A stretch of 64,000 nt of DNA, from NCBI RefSeq assembly GCF_026210795.1, contig NC_089429.1:6944001-7008000 (forward strand). Reading direction: 5' to 3'. Source of the DNA: Rhizophagus irregularis (lineage: Eukaryota). Every line of letters begins with the position of its first letter. Within the stretch, counting starts at the first letter, position 1. The position numbers and the translations under genes are program-made. Of this stretch, positions 1 through 14,097 are shown in pieces. The notes under the pieces are model-generated. The model was not told the origin of the DNA. It saw only the letters and a list, made by a program, of their open reading frames with translations, and searched no databases.

Positions 1-2186
1 TAAAGAAGAAACCAAAATAATTTATAAATAAAGTGATTACGCAATCATTGAAAAAGAAATTAAAAAGGGATTAAAATAAACCGAGTAAATTGGTTTATCA
101 AATCACATATAGAATGATTTCTAAAGCTATGATAGATACATTTGTACCGACGTTAATAGAATAGTTTTATCGCATTTTTTCAATATAAATTTTATATTGT
201 TTTTAGTATGTGACGACATTTATTTATATAACAAAATTTTATCCAGATAATATGACCGTAACTCAAGGATTTCGAATAATTATTGTTAATACAAAATTTA
301 TAAATGTTTGCATACTATCAACATTTTATTTCTTTACTTGCTGTTTTACAAAATCTTTTCATAATTATCTCGATTATCCGAAAAATTTACATATAATTAA
401 ATTAATTATAGCTAAAAAAATATATACGTATATTTATGTATATTAATTACTTACTAGTATCTCTTAATCCTAAATGCAATTTTTGAAATATTTTAATACT
501 TTAGATAATGTCATCTTTAACAATACTATTTATTTTTAATATACTATCATTATCGTTATTCTAGATTTGATTTATTGAAATCATCAACTAGAAAGAGAAT
601 TTGATTTAAATATCAAATATGTTCAGGTAAATTATCAAATTGATATAGTTTACTTGTAGATAATCTGCTTGTATAATAAATACTTGTACAAATATTTTTA
701 TTAATCTTTTTTTTTTAGACAAAACATATAAAAATTTTAAATTATGCATAATTGAATATGTCAAAAGGGTAACTGGCCAATTCATTAATCTTTTTGTGGC
801 CTAGCACTTATTTAATCCATAATTAATTTATTTGTAGATTTCAGAAGTTGTAATTTATTTATTTTAACGAAACGTTTACTAACATTTCGTTAACTTTTTT
901 TTTTTTTTAGACGGCCGTATTTCTTGGCAACAACGCATGGGAAGTTCACATTGGTAATTTTTTTTTAAAAAAAAAATTATTTTAACAAAGCATTTACTAA
1001 CATTTCATTATTTTTCTTTTTTTAAATGGTCGATTCTTCAGACCTCAAGATGAATATCGGTATTTTTTTCAAGGTAGATATCAGGCTTGTATTTAAATAA
1101 ATAAATATATATATATTTTTAACAAAACGATCATTGACATTTTTTATTTTTCTTTTAGGTATTGAAGGATCCAATTAGAAAATTTCGTTGTAAAACTTAA
1201 TGTTAACCGTTTACTTTTGGAATTAGATTAGTATATAGATTTAGTATAGGTTGATTAATATGTTTTATTAATTTATTAATGTAATAAAATTATGCTATAT
1301 TATTTAACAAATTTTATTTAACGCTACTGGTGATTATTGTCTATTTAACTATATTGATATTACTTGACATGATTTTTATCAATATATCATTCAGGTTAAA
1401 TTCAAATAATTTATCACTAGTACTTATCCATATTGATATTACTCAATATCGATGTATGTTATGCGACCTTTTCATTAACACATGTCCTCTAGAAAAATTT
1501 CCTGATGATATAAATTAGTAAACAACCAAGAAAAAATTTCTTACGATTATGATTATCAGATATTTTCACCAAATCACAGGTTTGAAATATCAATATATAT
1601 ACCGTATAGGACTCAGAAGTATATATAAAAGGGTCAGGTTTGAGTTCGCGTATTTTGAACAAAAAAAAAATCATGAAAATCTTTCCTTTTTAGATAATTT
1701 TTGATAATTCCAGTCGGAATTTTATTTCCTATTATAATATCCGACTAGCATTATCATAATTCTGGCACTGAAAATATGCGTACAGCTCATACATGTAGTA
1801 AAAAAATTTTTTTCATCACCTGATCCATATATGTATATTTCTGGGTCTTTACCATATTCTAAAAATTGACCGGAATTATATGATCATACAAAAATTTCCA
1901 AATTATATTTCAGTTTAACTTAATTGTTGAGTTAATGATGACATGATGTGTAAAATTTGTTATTTTGGGCATAGAAGCAATCTTATAAGATGTGGAAGCC
2001 AATTCAAAGTTTTAATGAATTAGGGTTTTTATTGACCAAATAGAAAAATATTTATTGTTTAGTCAGGGGTAAAGACGATCATCTTTTCATATTCATCCAA
2101 TAAACGATATTCCAAGAAAAAATAAATACATTTTTATGGCGCAGTCTAAAGTATTATATTTTTATTAAATTAATGAAAAGGTATTG

Positions 2187-2244
2187 TTGCTAAAGCTTAC
2201 CGGCGGTGATGGTCACGACCATCACCGCCGGTGAGCTTTAGCAA
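2187..2244. repeat. 58-bp GC-rich palindrome/hairpin
   Basis: TTGCTAAAGCTTACCGGCGGTGATGGTC-AC-GACCATCACCGCCGGTGAGCTTTAGCAA, one T/G mismatch. Confidence 0.9.
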
Positions 2245-2646
2245 TTTTCAAATTAAAATGTCTAATAAATAATATCATAATTTACAATCTATTTACTATA
2301 TATTTTTTCTGTTAAATTTACTTTCTAAGATATAAATCAAAATCAGTAGTAGAATGCTCAACATTCGACCTTATTGATCTTATAGAAGCAATAGACAAAT
2401 GTTCAATGTAAAATTAATTTAAGATATATCTTCTAATAATGTCTTGTAATATAAAAATGATCTAAATATTACAGAGTTTCTTGCTTTGGGATTTTTTCAA
2501 CGTGCCAAAAAATACAATAATATTAATATTATTTGATTTACTATAAATATTATGATTAATGGCAAAAATTTTCCAAAATAATCCTCTATAAAATAATAGA
2601 ATTAAAAATTTAATGAAATATTAATTATTTACAAATATCAAAATAT

Positions 2647-3003
2647 TTAATTAACAACACACTTACGAGTTATTGTAAAAGATGCACTTTCATCAATTAA
2701 TGAAGTATATTCATTATTTGAAAGTGCAGTAAACCCTTTTTTTTCAATCAAAGTGTTTAAATTATCAAACATTGTTTTGGAACTTGGTTCAATGGCATTT
2801 TTAGCTTCATTTATAGTAAATGATAACAATTTTTTGGGGTAAAAAGGATCATTTTGCCATTTACCATTTGTTGATAATCTTTGTTCATTTACTGGAATTA
2901 CTTTAGAAAATTCTTGAATCATATTCTTAAATAATTCTGACTGATTTGTTTGAAGAAATTTTTTATAAAAAATTTTATGGGTAAAATTTTGATAAATGAT
3001 CAT
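2647..3003 (-). pseudogene. Probable exon or gene fragment of an unknown protein
   Basis: 118-aa ORF with protein-like composition ending at a possible donor (TC|GTAAGT); no flanking exons resolved. Confidence 0.4.
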
Positions 3004-4504
3004 ATGAGAGTAAAGAAATATAAATTTTTTGTGAAAAATTTTAAAAAATTAAGCAAATATATGTGTAAAAGAAAAAAAAATTTTTTTTTCAAAATTTCGT
3101 CTCCTTTATAAAATTTTTCAACCCTCTTTTTTTTTACTTTATTTGGTTTAAAATATAAATTATATGAAACTCTAATATGCATTTGTAACCCATTTTCTAA
3201 ATTATTAGCAAGTATTGTTCATTTTACTAATTTATAGTAATCATTTGTTTTAAAAGTAGGGTACAATAATAATAATAATAATTTATATTATACCATTATT
3301 GATAAGCATTAAATCATTGTGAAACAATAAATTTCACCTACTGCGTCTAATAGACATTGTTTCACTTATGCAGTTCATTACGGATGAAGCCAATTAAAAA
3401 TTTTTTATTAAAAGTATATGGTTGGAAATTCCAATGCATGTTAGCGTTCTAGAATTAGCAATCGGCTTCTTTTTTTAGAAATATTAACCTAACAAACTAG
3501 GACGAATTTATTTCAAAAAGAATTACTTTTTCGCTCTTAAAGTTTACAATTTTTAGAAAAGGATCATCATAAATAAATATTGAAATTTTAATATTGTTCT
3601 CTGTGTTATATAAATATGATGCCTAATTTGATATATTTATTGGATGTCATTTTAGTAACATCTTTTTTAGACTATTCGGGTGTTAAAATAAGAAAAAAGC
3701 CAATTATTTTATTATCATTATTTTTTTTAAAAAAAATAGCTATTGTGTATTAATTATATTTATTTACTTTATAATACTGTTAGCGAAGATCAACCAGAAA
3801 TTACCGGAGAAAATATTTCCAATGATCCAAAAAAAAACTGATTATAAGAAACAGATGATGATGAACAATTTATTGATAAAGTAAGTGTCTAAAATTTCTA
3901 TTAACTTAAATAGTTAATAATATAACATATATATTTAATTTAAAATTTGTTCTTTAAGGTACAGTACAAGATGCGGCAGATGATCTCATCGAAAAATTTA
4001 CTATGAACAGTTATTTTAAAATGTTACACTCGCGAGCTAGATGCGTAAAATTATATTTAATAATCATAATTTTTTTTCAATATTTTTAATAAAAATTCTT
4101 TAAAATTACAACGTTTCCGATATATTTGTGATAGTATTTGATTTAAGTGACAAAATAATAGAACTTTTTTTGAGCTTTTTTTATTTTTTATCATTTTTTA
4201 TTGGCCGTTCGAGAAATGTGTATTGGGTTAACTTAAACGGGCAAAATCTGGACTATTTTTCACACTCATATGGGCTGATTCTTGGAATCTAATTTTTTTA
4301 CACAAAAATAATTTTATTAAAGCAAATATAAATTATCATTTATATAAGAATAATAAATTTATACTAGATAATGCAAAAAAAACTAATTAATTATATAATT
4401 TTTAATTTTTTTTTAATATAAGATATCATTAAAATTTAAAAGATCAAATATAACTCTCATGACAAAATCATTGATAATTCTTCGTAGAAATAAGCTATAC
4501 AAAT

Positions 4505-5030
4505 AAATTTACATTCATTTGAAAGAGAAAATCGAGATCTATCTAATGAATCTAAAATCAAGTGAATTGAATCACTAGTTGTTCAGTAATCACGTTCAGT
4601 ATATTTATTGAATTTTATCTAAATTTGATCATTAATTACTTCACATGTAGTGATTCAATTTGAATGATCTTTGCTCCTTAAGGTGATGCCAACTTTTATT
4701 TTTAAAATAAATTTAAAATAATTCGTTTAATATATGTAGATGTTTAGAAATCATCAATTATATTATTAATATAAAATTTTATAAGTTTGATAAAATCTGA
4801 TATAAAAAAAATTATTAAATACCTGTAGATGCAAGCTACACGAATGAAATTATATTCATTTGAAAGAGAAAATTGAGGTCTATCTAATAAGCCTAAAATC
4901 GAATGAATTGAATCACTGGATTGTGAATAATTACGTCTAATATATTTATTTTTAATTTTTAAATTTGATTTGACTTTGATCGTTAATTACGCCTCATCCA
5001 GTGATCCAATTTTCCTGATCTTTGATTTTT
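4505..5030. repeat. Duplicated ~170-bp motif, probably a decayed DNA transposon arm
   Basis: ATTCATTTGAAAGAGAAAAT...GAATTGAATCACT...GTGAT occurs twice. Confidence 0.6.
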
Positions 5031-6891
5031 ACGATAGAGCAAATTCTCAGCTTTCAAATGAATGTAAAATGATGACGTTAGCATATCTCCAGGAATAATA
5101 ATGCACGATTTTGTCACCTGCATAAAGTCCGATCTGAAAATTTTATTTCTTACCAAAAAATGCTTTCATAAGAGAATCCCAAATTCTTTTACTTTATTTA
5201 AAAGATTTTATTTGCCATTTAAGGATTTTAGTAGAATAAATCTAATAAAATAATTTTAAAAGATAAAAAACAAATATATAATTAGTTATTTTGAAAAAAA
5301 AAAAAAGAATATCTTATTATTCATTTTACAACTATTTTACATCATAATTATTTTTTATTTGCATGTATTTTTTACAAAGAAAAAATAATAAATTAAAGCT
5401 AAAAATTATGAAAAAATATGTCTTATCTATGTATATAAAATATTAAGTTTTTTCTTTTACTTACCACTTAAAAATAACTGCTATATTTGCTTATAAACTT
5501 TTTTGCCATATTTAATAAAAGTGAATAGAAAAAGGATGGAAAAGTGATGGGCAGTGATGGGGAAAAAGAAGTGGTTATTACCGTTATTTTTGAATATTGA
5601 TTAAAAAATTTTTTTTTATTTTTTATTAAATCTGAGTTACGTAAATATGTAACACATTTAATTTAGATTTGTGTAATGTTAATCTTATTAAAATATTAAA
5701 TTTTTATAAAAATCTTAATTTAGACTAATTCCAAAAATCGGCACATATGTTTCACATCCAGGTGGTATAAAAATTTTCAGAAAAATGATCACGTGTCTGA
5801 GTTTCTTCGGAATAAAACTAGAAAAATTTATTTTTAGAACAGTTCTTTAACATTACATAGCGTGTACCTAATTGTTGCAAAGTTATTTATCGCTGGGTGG
5901 TTATGGTGCATTGATGTTGATATCCATCAGCACACATTTCAGACGACATGCTCGTTATTGATAATCGCATAAAAAAATTCCATACCGTACCACTTACTGT
6001 ACCATACTCGTAACTTGTATACAGCTGATAAAATTAGTAGCGTACCGTACCATGCTGGCTCTATAACAATTATTGTTATTATTATTAACGTTCTTTTTTT
6101 TATTTTTTATTATTTTGCGTGTAATTTTTTTTATATAGTCTAATAGGGAAGAGAATAACGAATAAGACGAGAGTTAGAGCAAACAAACCTTAATTTTGTC
6201 AATAATATTGTCCTTACTTATAAATTTTATATGATCAATATCAGATATCAAATGTACTTTTATAATTATTATTAATCTGATTGTATTGATTTACACTAGC
6301 GAATAAATTTAATCAATATATTATACGCAACATCGGGCATCTTGACGCTGACGATGTCAGTAATTCAATGGTACTGAACTTAAAAAAATATACAGTATAC
6401 AAATATCAAACCGCATCCGTCGTAACCGACAAGAAATAGTGAAAGTTTAAAATTTTTTTATAAAGCAACTGTTTAGTAATTGACTTAAAAAAAGGTGATC
6501 TTAAGAAGAAACTGCACGTTATGCGGTGTAATCTACGTCTGGTTAAGAAATTGTATATTTGGCATTTATAATAAGTCTATGATTTCAAAATTTCTTACGT
6601 CGAGTACAATTAGTGGGTTGTTCGATCGTTTTAATAGTATATGATGCCTAGCCTATATGGCGTTATTGAAATGTTGGATCATATTGTTATTACAAAATCA
6701 TTTTCATTTCTATACAATTCATATACTTGATATGAAAAGGATTTTAAAAGGTTTTCATCATATGATGTATGGAAAATTGGCGATTGTTTGATGTAAATAA
6801 ATTTCTTTTATTCTTTGATATGTATAAATGAAAATTTGGATAATTAAAAAAATTCTAAGGTTGTTTTGTGCAACTTTTTATGATATACTGA

Positions 6892-8071
6892 TGTAAACGG
6901 TTGAATATCAAGTGCGAAAAGATGATAAAATTTAATCACCAAATGTAATTGCCAAATATTAAGAACGAACAAACTAATTATGAATTGGCGTAGATGGATA
7001 AATAATTAGCCGAAAAGGATAAACATTTAAGAAGAGCAATGATCTACATGATGTAATATTTATCAGATGATTAACAAAAAACCAATAGAATAATTAGAAT
7101 CGATCAATTGCGGCTTAGCAATCTTTAACAATAAGAACAATTAGAAAGAATAATTATAAGCCACAAAAGGTAGATCATATAAAATGGAGGGATAGTGGAC
7201 TAAAGGAACACGCATAACAAAAATACATACATTCATTCTCATGTTTTATTATTTCTTGCGAACATTTGTCTTTCTTTCTTGAAAAATCTTCATTTAATAT
7301 TTCTTTTATTTCAAAGATTTCTAATTCTTTCGAAAAGTATATCGTTTTACAAATAAGTTTTTATTCACAAAATTTACAATATATCTTAAATTTTACTTCC
7401 ATAAATAATAATATAAAAAGATAGTATAAAGATGGAACATAAAAGATAACATATTGGAAAGAACATATATAAAAAGATAGCATATTAGAAAGATAGTTCA
7501 AAGATAATATGTAAAAAGAACATAAAAGATAGTATATAAATAGAATAGAAAGTAGCATAAGATTTGTATAAATAGAGAGCGGAATTCAAAGTAATTCCAC
7601 AGTTCTCATCCACAGAACTCAATAAAAATATAAGTTTCATTTAATTATTTGTTAGTGAAGTTTAATATTAATTAAAGGTAATAAGTTCGCCCTAAACTTT
7701 AATTAATGTTTGCTTAATTAATTTTAATTGAATAAAATGAAAATTTTAAGATGAATTAAATATACATTTTTGGAAAGTAATAATTCGTAGCGAGAGCTAT
7801 CGAAGTTTGAAATTAAAGGTAAAAAGTGGATATAATTTGGGAAAATTTAGAGAAGTTAAATTTTATTTTATATCGTTCGACATTTTATATTACTAACGCT
7901 ATTTATATCGTGAACCAAGAATGTTGTTGTATGTTGTTTGATTATATCGTTGATTATTTGTTTGTTCGTTTAATTGTTCGTTCATGCGATTATTCGTTCG
8001 TTCGACCATGAGAATGCCCGTTCGATGTGGCAACTCTGTAAATTGATGACAGAGGGAATTGGGGGATCTCA
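6892..8071 (+). repeat. 5' LTR
   Basis: Starts TGTAAACGG and ends GGGGGATCTCA; both end segments match 17578-18661. Confidence 0.92.
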
Positions 8072-8073
8072 TA

Positions 8074-8086
8074 TGGTGCATGCTCC
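8074..8086 (+). promoter_or_regulatory. Primer binding site (cognate tRNA not determined)
   Basis: TGGTGCATGCTCC begins 2 nt after the LTR end; TGG is complementary to tRNA CCA. Confidence 0.65.
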
Positions 8087-9228
8087 AAGAAAGAAAATGA
8101 TCATCATCACATGATTATTAAGAATATGAAGATTTAATTTCGTTAGTAAGTCACTGATAGGTATTATTAATCAATATTTTATTTTTAGAATTTATTTTTA
8201 GATTTCAGGTTTTAACGAGTTCAAAAGGAACCAATAAATCAACAAGGATTTAATTGAGTTAAAAACTTGAAAGGTGAAAGATTGAAGTTTGAAGTCGTGC
8301 AAGTAATCATTTAATCGATAGAAAGCACGAGAATATTTCTTTTGGAAATAAAGTACCTGAGAAATTTCGTAAGGAGACGTGGAAGTGAAAGATGAATTTT
8401 GGAATAAAGATTAATAATGGGAGAACACCAATGCATTATCTGGGGTTCATCTGTGTCGTATGGGTTACGTCTGAGTTTGAATTTTGGATAAATGCTCGAG
8501 ATTGGAAAATTTTTATTCTTCGATATTAAGGATTATAACGTATGGGTTACGTCAAATCTGGATACCCAGCTCAATAATGCGCAAATTGCTTTGGGGACGG
8601 GGAATGAAAATTGTAAAGACACCTACTATCAAGAAACATTGAAAGAATAAAATGGGACAAACCTGTAAACTATCATGCTTTTACCCAATGGGAAAAAGAT
8701 AGAGATAAGCCCAGTATAGGTCCACCAACTTGAGAAAAGATAAGTTAGTTTAGACGAGTTTTATGGATAGCAGATGACTTTTGAAACTGGATTTCAAAAG
8801 GTTAGATTCACCCGTTAAAAGACAAGTCGACTAACGAAAGAAGAAAAGACAGATACGTTGTATTGTTACAGGTCCTAGGCTACATTTCAGATGAGGGTTC
8901 CTGGTGTAGTGTGCTAGGTCACGTTCTCATTACAATGTTCTGTTAAAAGAAGATAAAATAGAAGGATATTTACACATTAACGAGCTGTATAATGAATATT
9001 ACGTGCAGTATTTAATAATAGAGTAAAGTCCAAAAAGAGGATATGAATAAAAACGTTGAAGAAACATTTTATGTATTTGAAAAGAAGAACATTTATTTGA
9101 AAAGAAGGACATTTTGTGTGCTATAAATTAATTTATATAATATAGAATATATAATAAGAAGGATTTATGTGGACGATAAGAAAGATTGAAAATTCACAAA
9201 CTTTAAAAGTTATGAAAATTTTGGAGTT

Positions 9229-9380
9229 TGTGATATGTGATATGTGAAATTATAAATCTCGGTGATAGAAGATAAATTTTAGAATGTGATATGTGAAATT
9301 ATGGATCACGGTGATAGGAGATAAAATTTTAGAATGTGATATGTGAAATTATGAATATCGGAGATAAAAGATAAATTTTG
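9229..9380 (+). repeat. ~50-bp tandem repeat (3 copies) in the retroelement leader
   Basis: Repeated TGTGATATGTGAAATTAT...GATAAATTTT units. Confidence 0.8.
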
Positions 9381-9668
9381 TGGCGCAGTAAAAACCTCCG
9401 CAGTCTGAGGAGATCGTGGACTTAGGATAATTTTTGAAATTTTGAGGCGCAGTAAAAATTAATAGTAAAATATGGCGTAGCAAATATATAAAACTGAAAG
9501 ATGGAATCTAAAGATTGAAAGAAGTAATCTATTTAAAGATAAAAGAATGTTTAGAAGATCAAAAATAGAAACGAATAAACGATAAGAGTGAAATGTATAT
9601 ATATAGAGAGATAGGAATCCGATTGAGATTCTGGATGGATATTCATAGCAACTTAACTAAAGCATACA

Positions 9669-12600
9669 ATGGAATGGTACCATCAATGGGAAAGTGAATA
9701 TAGAACACATAAAGAGGAACACGAATTAGGAACGGAAGAATTGGACGAATGTTTAAATTGTGAATTATGTCATCCAATAGTAAATGAACCAATAGTATTC
9801 AAGAAATTTTGGGATGCATTATTTAAATTTAAAGATGCAATAATAATATATAACAATGTAACAATTAATGGAGTATTAGATTTATTAAGTATAAATAATT
9901 CAGAAAGAGAAGATACAATACATAAAGGAAAATGTAGGAATATAATGGATAGAATAACGGAATCGATAAGGTATAGGATACAACCAAAAATGAAAGAAAA
10001 AGGATTACGAACAATTATATTAGTAATTGTAAGAGACTGTATTGAAGGAGATTTAGAGAATGAAGTATTTGATAGATTAATTGGAAACCCTGAACTAGTG
10101 GAACACAAATATATTTTAGAAGATTGGGATGTTGAAAGAAGGTTTGAGAAATTTTGGCAATGGTACAAAATCATATCGAAAGAAGTTGAACCATTACGAG
10201 TAAAGATGGGAGCAATAAAGACATTCAGGGAATTACTATATGAAGAAGAAGGAATAGCTATGAATGAGGAGAAAGTAAAAGAATTAATGTCCAATATGGA
10301 ATATGGGAACATAAACATAGAGAATGTTCACGAATATCACAGGAATATGGTACAAAAGATAATAAGAATATTTATAGATACTAGGGGCTTTACAAAAGAA
10401 CCAGAAGATTCAGAAAGTGAAGATAGCTTAGAAAGTTACGAAATGAAGAAGAATTTTAACATGAGTTTATATCTTAGATTTGAAAGATTCAGGTACTGGT
10501 GGAATGACAAATATGAAGGTAAACGAATACATACATATCATGAAAATGATTCATTAGAATGGTTCGAAAAGATGTTATCTGAGGGAGAGAATTTGCAAGA
10601 AGATACTGTAAGGAAGCTGACGGATAGTATGACATTTAAGGATAGCGAAGATATGTATGAAAAAGATCCTATTATATTGAGAATAGATGATGGAGTAATA
10701 GAATGGATTGTAACAGATTTAAAAGAAGCGATGGAAAGAACGCAAAAATTTAAGTTAGTGGAGATAGAGCAAGAAGAAGGTGATGAAATATATGATTCTG
10801 AGGAAGAAATAGAAATAATAGTAGAAGATAAAATGTGGAAGTTAGGTGAAATAAGAATAGGATTAAGACAACTAATAGTAAACCCAAAAGAAAAGCTTAT
10901 CAGGGAAATAATGAAATTTGGAATAAAAGAAAAGATAGAAACAGGAATACTGTTAACGTGTGATTTTATAAGATATTATATTTTTCTGAAAGGGAGATTT
11001 GATAAGTCTGAAGAAATAAAGGAATGGATGGATTCGAGTACGATAATATGTAATAGATGCAGTAAACAGAAATTAGATTATATGATATCAAAAGAAAATG
11101 GCAGATGTGAAGAGTGTAATCAGGAAATACGGGAAGATGAACAAGATGAGTTAATAGAATTAAAAAACAACTTAGAAAAGCTAGGATACGAAATAGATGT
11201 GTCAGAAATTCAAAGAATAAAGAATTTTGGAGTTAATAATCGAATAATAGTGACAGAAGAATTCATAGAAAGGTATATGAAAATAATAGAATTAGAAGAT
11301 AGAGAGTTAAGAAAAGAGGTGCACAGATGGTTAAATGAGAATACAACCTGGTGCGAAAGATGCGAAATAAGATGGATGAATGATATGTTTAGATTAGGAG
11401 GAACTGTATGCAAAGATTGTGAGGAAGAAGATATCGATAAAATTGATGATCGGGTAAAAAGATTTCAGAAGATTTTTGAAGATATTGGAACAATAATAAT
11501 TGAAGAAGAATTGTTAAGATTAACTAGTATGGGATATACAGATGGAGAAATTTTAGATAAAGAATTCATTGGAATCTTTCAAGAAAATAAAAATGAGTCA
11601 GAGAAAGAATTGAAGAAAAAGTTAGATAAGTTGTTGAAAGAACAAGCAGGAATAATAGATAGTGAAGAAAGTGGTGAAAAGAGTGATAATGAAGAATCAG
11701 AAGATAATACAGATGATTCAAAAAAAACTGGAGAAATATTAAACCCAGATGAAATATGGGATGAAAATATTGAAAATTTTAACGAAGATGAGTTTGAAGA
11801 TAAAATTGAAAATGTTATAAATAGAGGAGATATCGACTTAAGTCAAAACTCAGATACGAATAGTTTATTAAATATTAAAAATTCTGACAACGAAAGTGAA
11901 TTATCTGATTACAATTTACAAGATTTATTTCAAGAGGATATATTAAATATGGCAACTGAGAATCAAATAAAAAGATTGATAGAGAATGCTTTAGGTTATC
12001 CAGTTAATACTTTGAATGCAGCAGTAGGAGCGGGAGCAAGTTTGATAGAAAGGATTGAAAATGCAGGGAATGAAGCAGGGGGAGTAATTAGTGTACCACT
12101 CTTTTATGGAAAAGAAGATGAAGACGTTAACGATTGGGTTAGACAATTTGAGGTAGCATTTACAGCAGTCGGAAAAGCAGCTGGAGCTAATGGTACAAGA
12201 CAAGCAGCATACGCAGCAGCACATTTAAGAGGGCAGCAGCACAATGGTATAATGAAATGAAAGAAGTAAATGTAGGTCACTTAGTGAATTGGGCAGATGT
12301 AGATAATGATAATGATTTAAAACATAGAATAAAGAGGAGATTTACCAGAGAGGATGTTAGAAGAAAGAAAATGCTAGAATTAAGAAAACTCGACAGGAAG
12401 TAAATGAAAGTGTTGAAGAATACACAAGAAGATTTAGACAAATATTAAGAATAGCAACTAGGGGACATGCCTTAGCAGATGAATATCAAGTAGATTTTTA
12501 TATCGAAGGATTAGAACCAACAATAGGGTATCAAGTTAGAAGACAGAATCCAGGGAACTTAAATGGGGCAATAGAAATAGCAGTAAGAGAAGAAGGTGTA

Positions 12601-13584
12601 AAGGACGAATTTATTAGGAAAGCAATAGGTACACCAGTTAGTACGAGTATAGACATCAAAAGAGATAATAATAGACAAAATATGTTCGCAAAACCATTGA
12701 ATGAAAACTATGAGGACGAATTAGTTAAAGCGTTTGAAGAAAAGGCAAGAATTAGTAAATTAGAAGGACTGGTATCAAATATAGAGAGAAGATTAAATAA
12801 TGATAATAGGAATAGGTATTGACCAGATGTAGGAAGGAGATTAAATAATGGTAATAGGAATGGTTATCAATCAAATCAGAATAGGGTACCAACATGTTTC
12901 AGATGTAATAAAGTGGGGCATTATAAGAATAATTGTCCTGAAGGAAGGAATGCAAGAGTAAATATGATGGACGAATATGATGACCAAGAGGAATATGATT
13001 ATGATGGATATGAATATGAGAAACCACAATACGATGGAGTATATTATACACAAGGATATTAATATGATTATGAAGATAGGGAATTAAATTATTATAATGA
13101 ATTGTACGCAAAAGATAACGCAATAAAAACAAGAAGACAAACAAGAAGGACGAATCCAACAGTGGGATATAAAAATAATAATGAAGAAGGAAATTTACAA
13201 GAAGAATTAAGAGAAGCGGGAAATAGAATGGATGATAGAAAAATACCAAGTGGTACAATGGCACCAAGTTATACACCTGAACGAACTGAACAGAATTGGG
13301 ATAAACCGATAGGACCAAGAAAAATGAAATGGAGTAATAAAAGGCAAGATTTTTACGACCCAACAGAAGGACTAAGAAAATGGAGAGAAGCAGGGGGACC
13401 AACAAAACCTAGGGTATATGGACCGAGATTAACTGACGAAATACCACCTTACGACATTGTGGGAGACGTGAAAAATTGTAGAGTGAATATAACATATGGA
13501 CAATTAATAAATGAGAATACTAAGTATTATAAGCAATTGAGGGAAGGAACATATAGACCAAGAAGTATGAACAAGAAAAATTGA
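9669..13584 (+). pseudogene. gag: ORF1/Gag: ~760-aa acidic, Cys-motif extension fused to Gag (capsid region from ~11949, CCHC knuckle 12895-12936); frameshifted
   Basis: FYGKEDEDVNDWVRQFE and RQEVNESVEEYTRRF capsid motifs, CFRCNKVGHYKNNC knuckle; frameshifts near 12230, 12390 and 13060; in-frame TGA near 12820. Confidence 0.85.
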
Positions 13585-14097
13585 CTACACTCGGTGGGAA
13601 CTATGAAAAATGAAGAAAAAAGAACTACAGCAATGAGAACAGAATTAGAAGTTGAAGATCAATTAGTAAATGTAATAATAGATACTGGAGCAGCAGTAAG
13701 TGTGATAACAGATAAATTAAGAAGAAGATTGAATATACCTATATTTGGAAAAAGTAAATTTAGATGTACAATAGCAAATGGGCAAAAGATAGCGGCGTTA
13801 GGAAAGGCAAATATAACTTTGAGGTACAAAGATGAATTAGAGATACTGAAAGAAGTTGAAGTGATCAATTCAGAAGAAGAGGATCTAATTTTGGGAAATG
13901 ACATATGGAAGTTGTATAATGCAAAAATAAATTTTGAAGATCATACCTTAAGAATAGAAGAACAGGGAGAAATAATAACGATTCCAGTAGGATATGAAAG
14001 AGAAGTAGCATATGAAAGTGAGGAGAGTGAGGACGATGAAGAATATGAAAGTAACGATGAAGGAGAGGTATTCAAAATGCACCAGAATTTTAAATAG
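13585..14097 (+). CDS. Retropepsin-like aspartic protease
   Basis: IIDTGAAVSVI active site and LILGND motif; in frame with gag across TGA-CTA. Confidence 0.9.
   Translation, partial: LHSVGTMKNEEKRTTAMRTELEVEDQLVNVIIDTGAAVSVITDKLRRRLNIPIFGKSKFRCTIANGQKIAALGKANITLRYKDELEILKEVEVINSEEEDLILGNDIWKLYNAKINFEDHTLRIEEQGEIITIPVGYEREVAYESEESEDDEEYESNDEGEVFKMHQNFK

Noticed and set aside
5980..6063. Possible hAT right end (TACCGTACC repeats ending GGCTCTA)
   Set aside because: No partner terminus or TSD found; too weak to call
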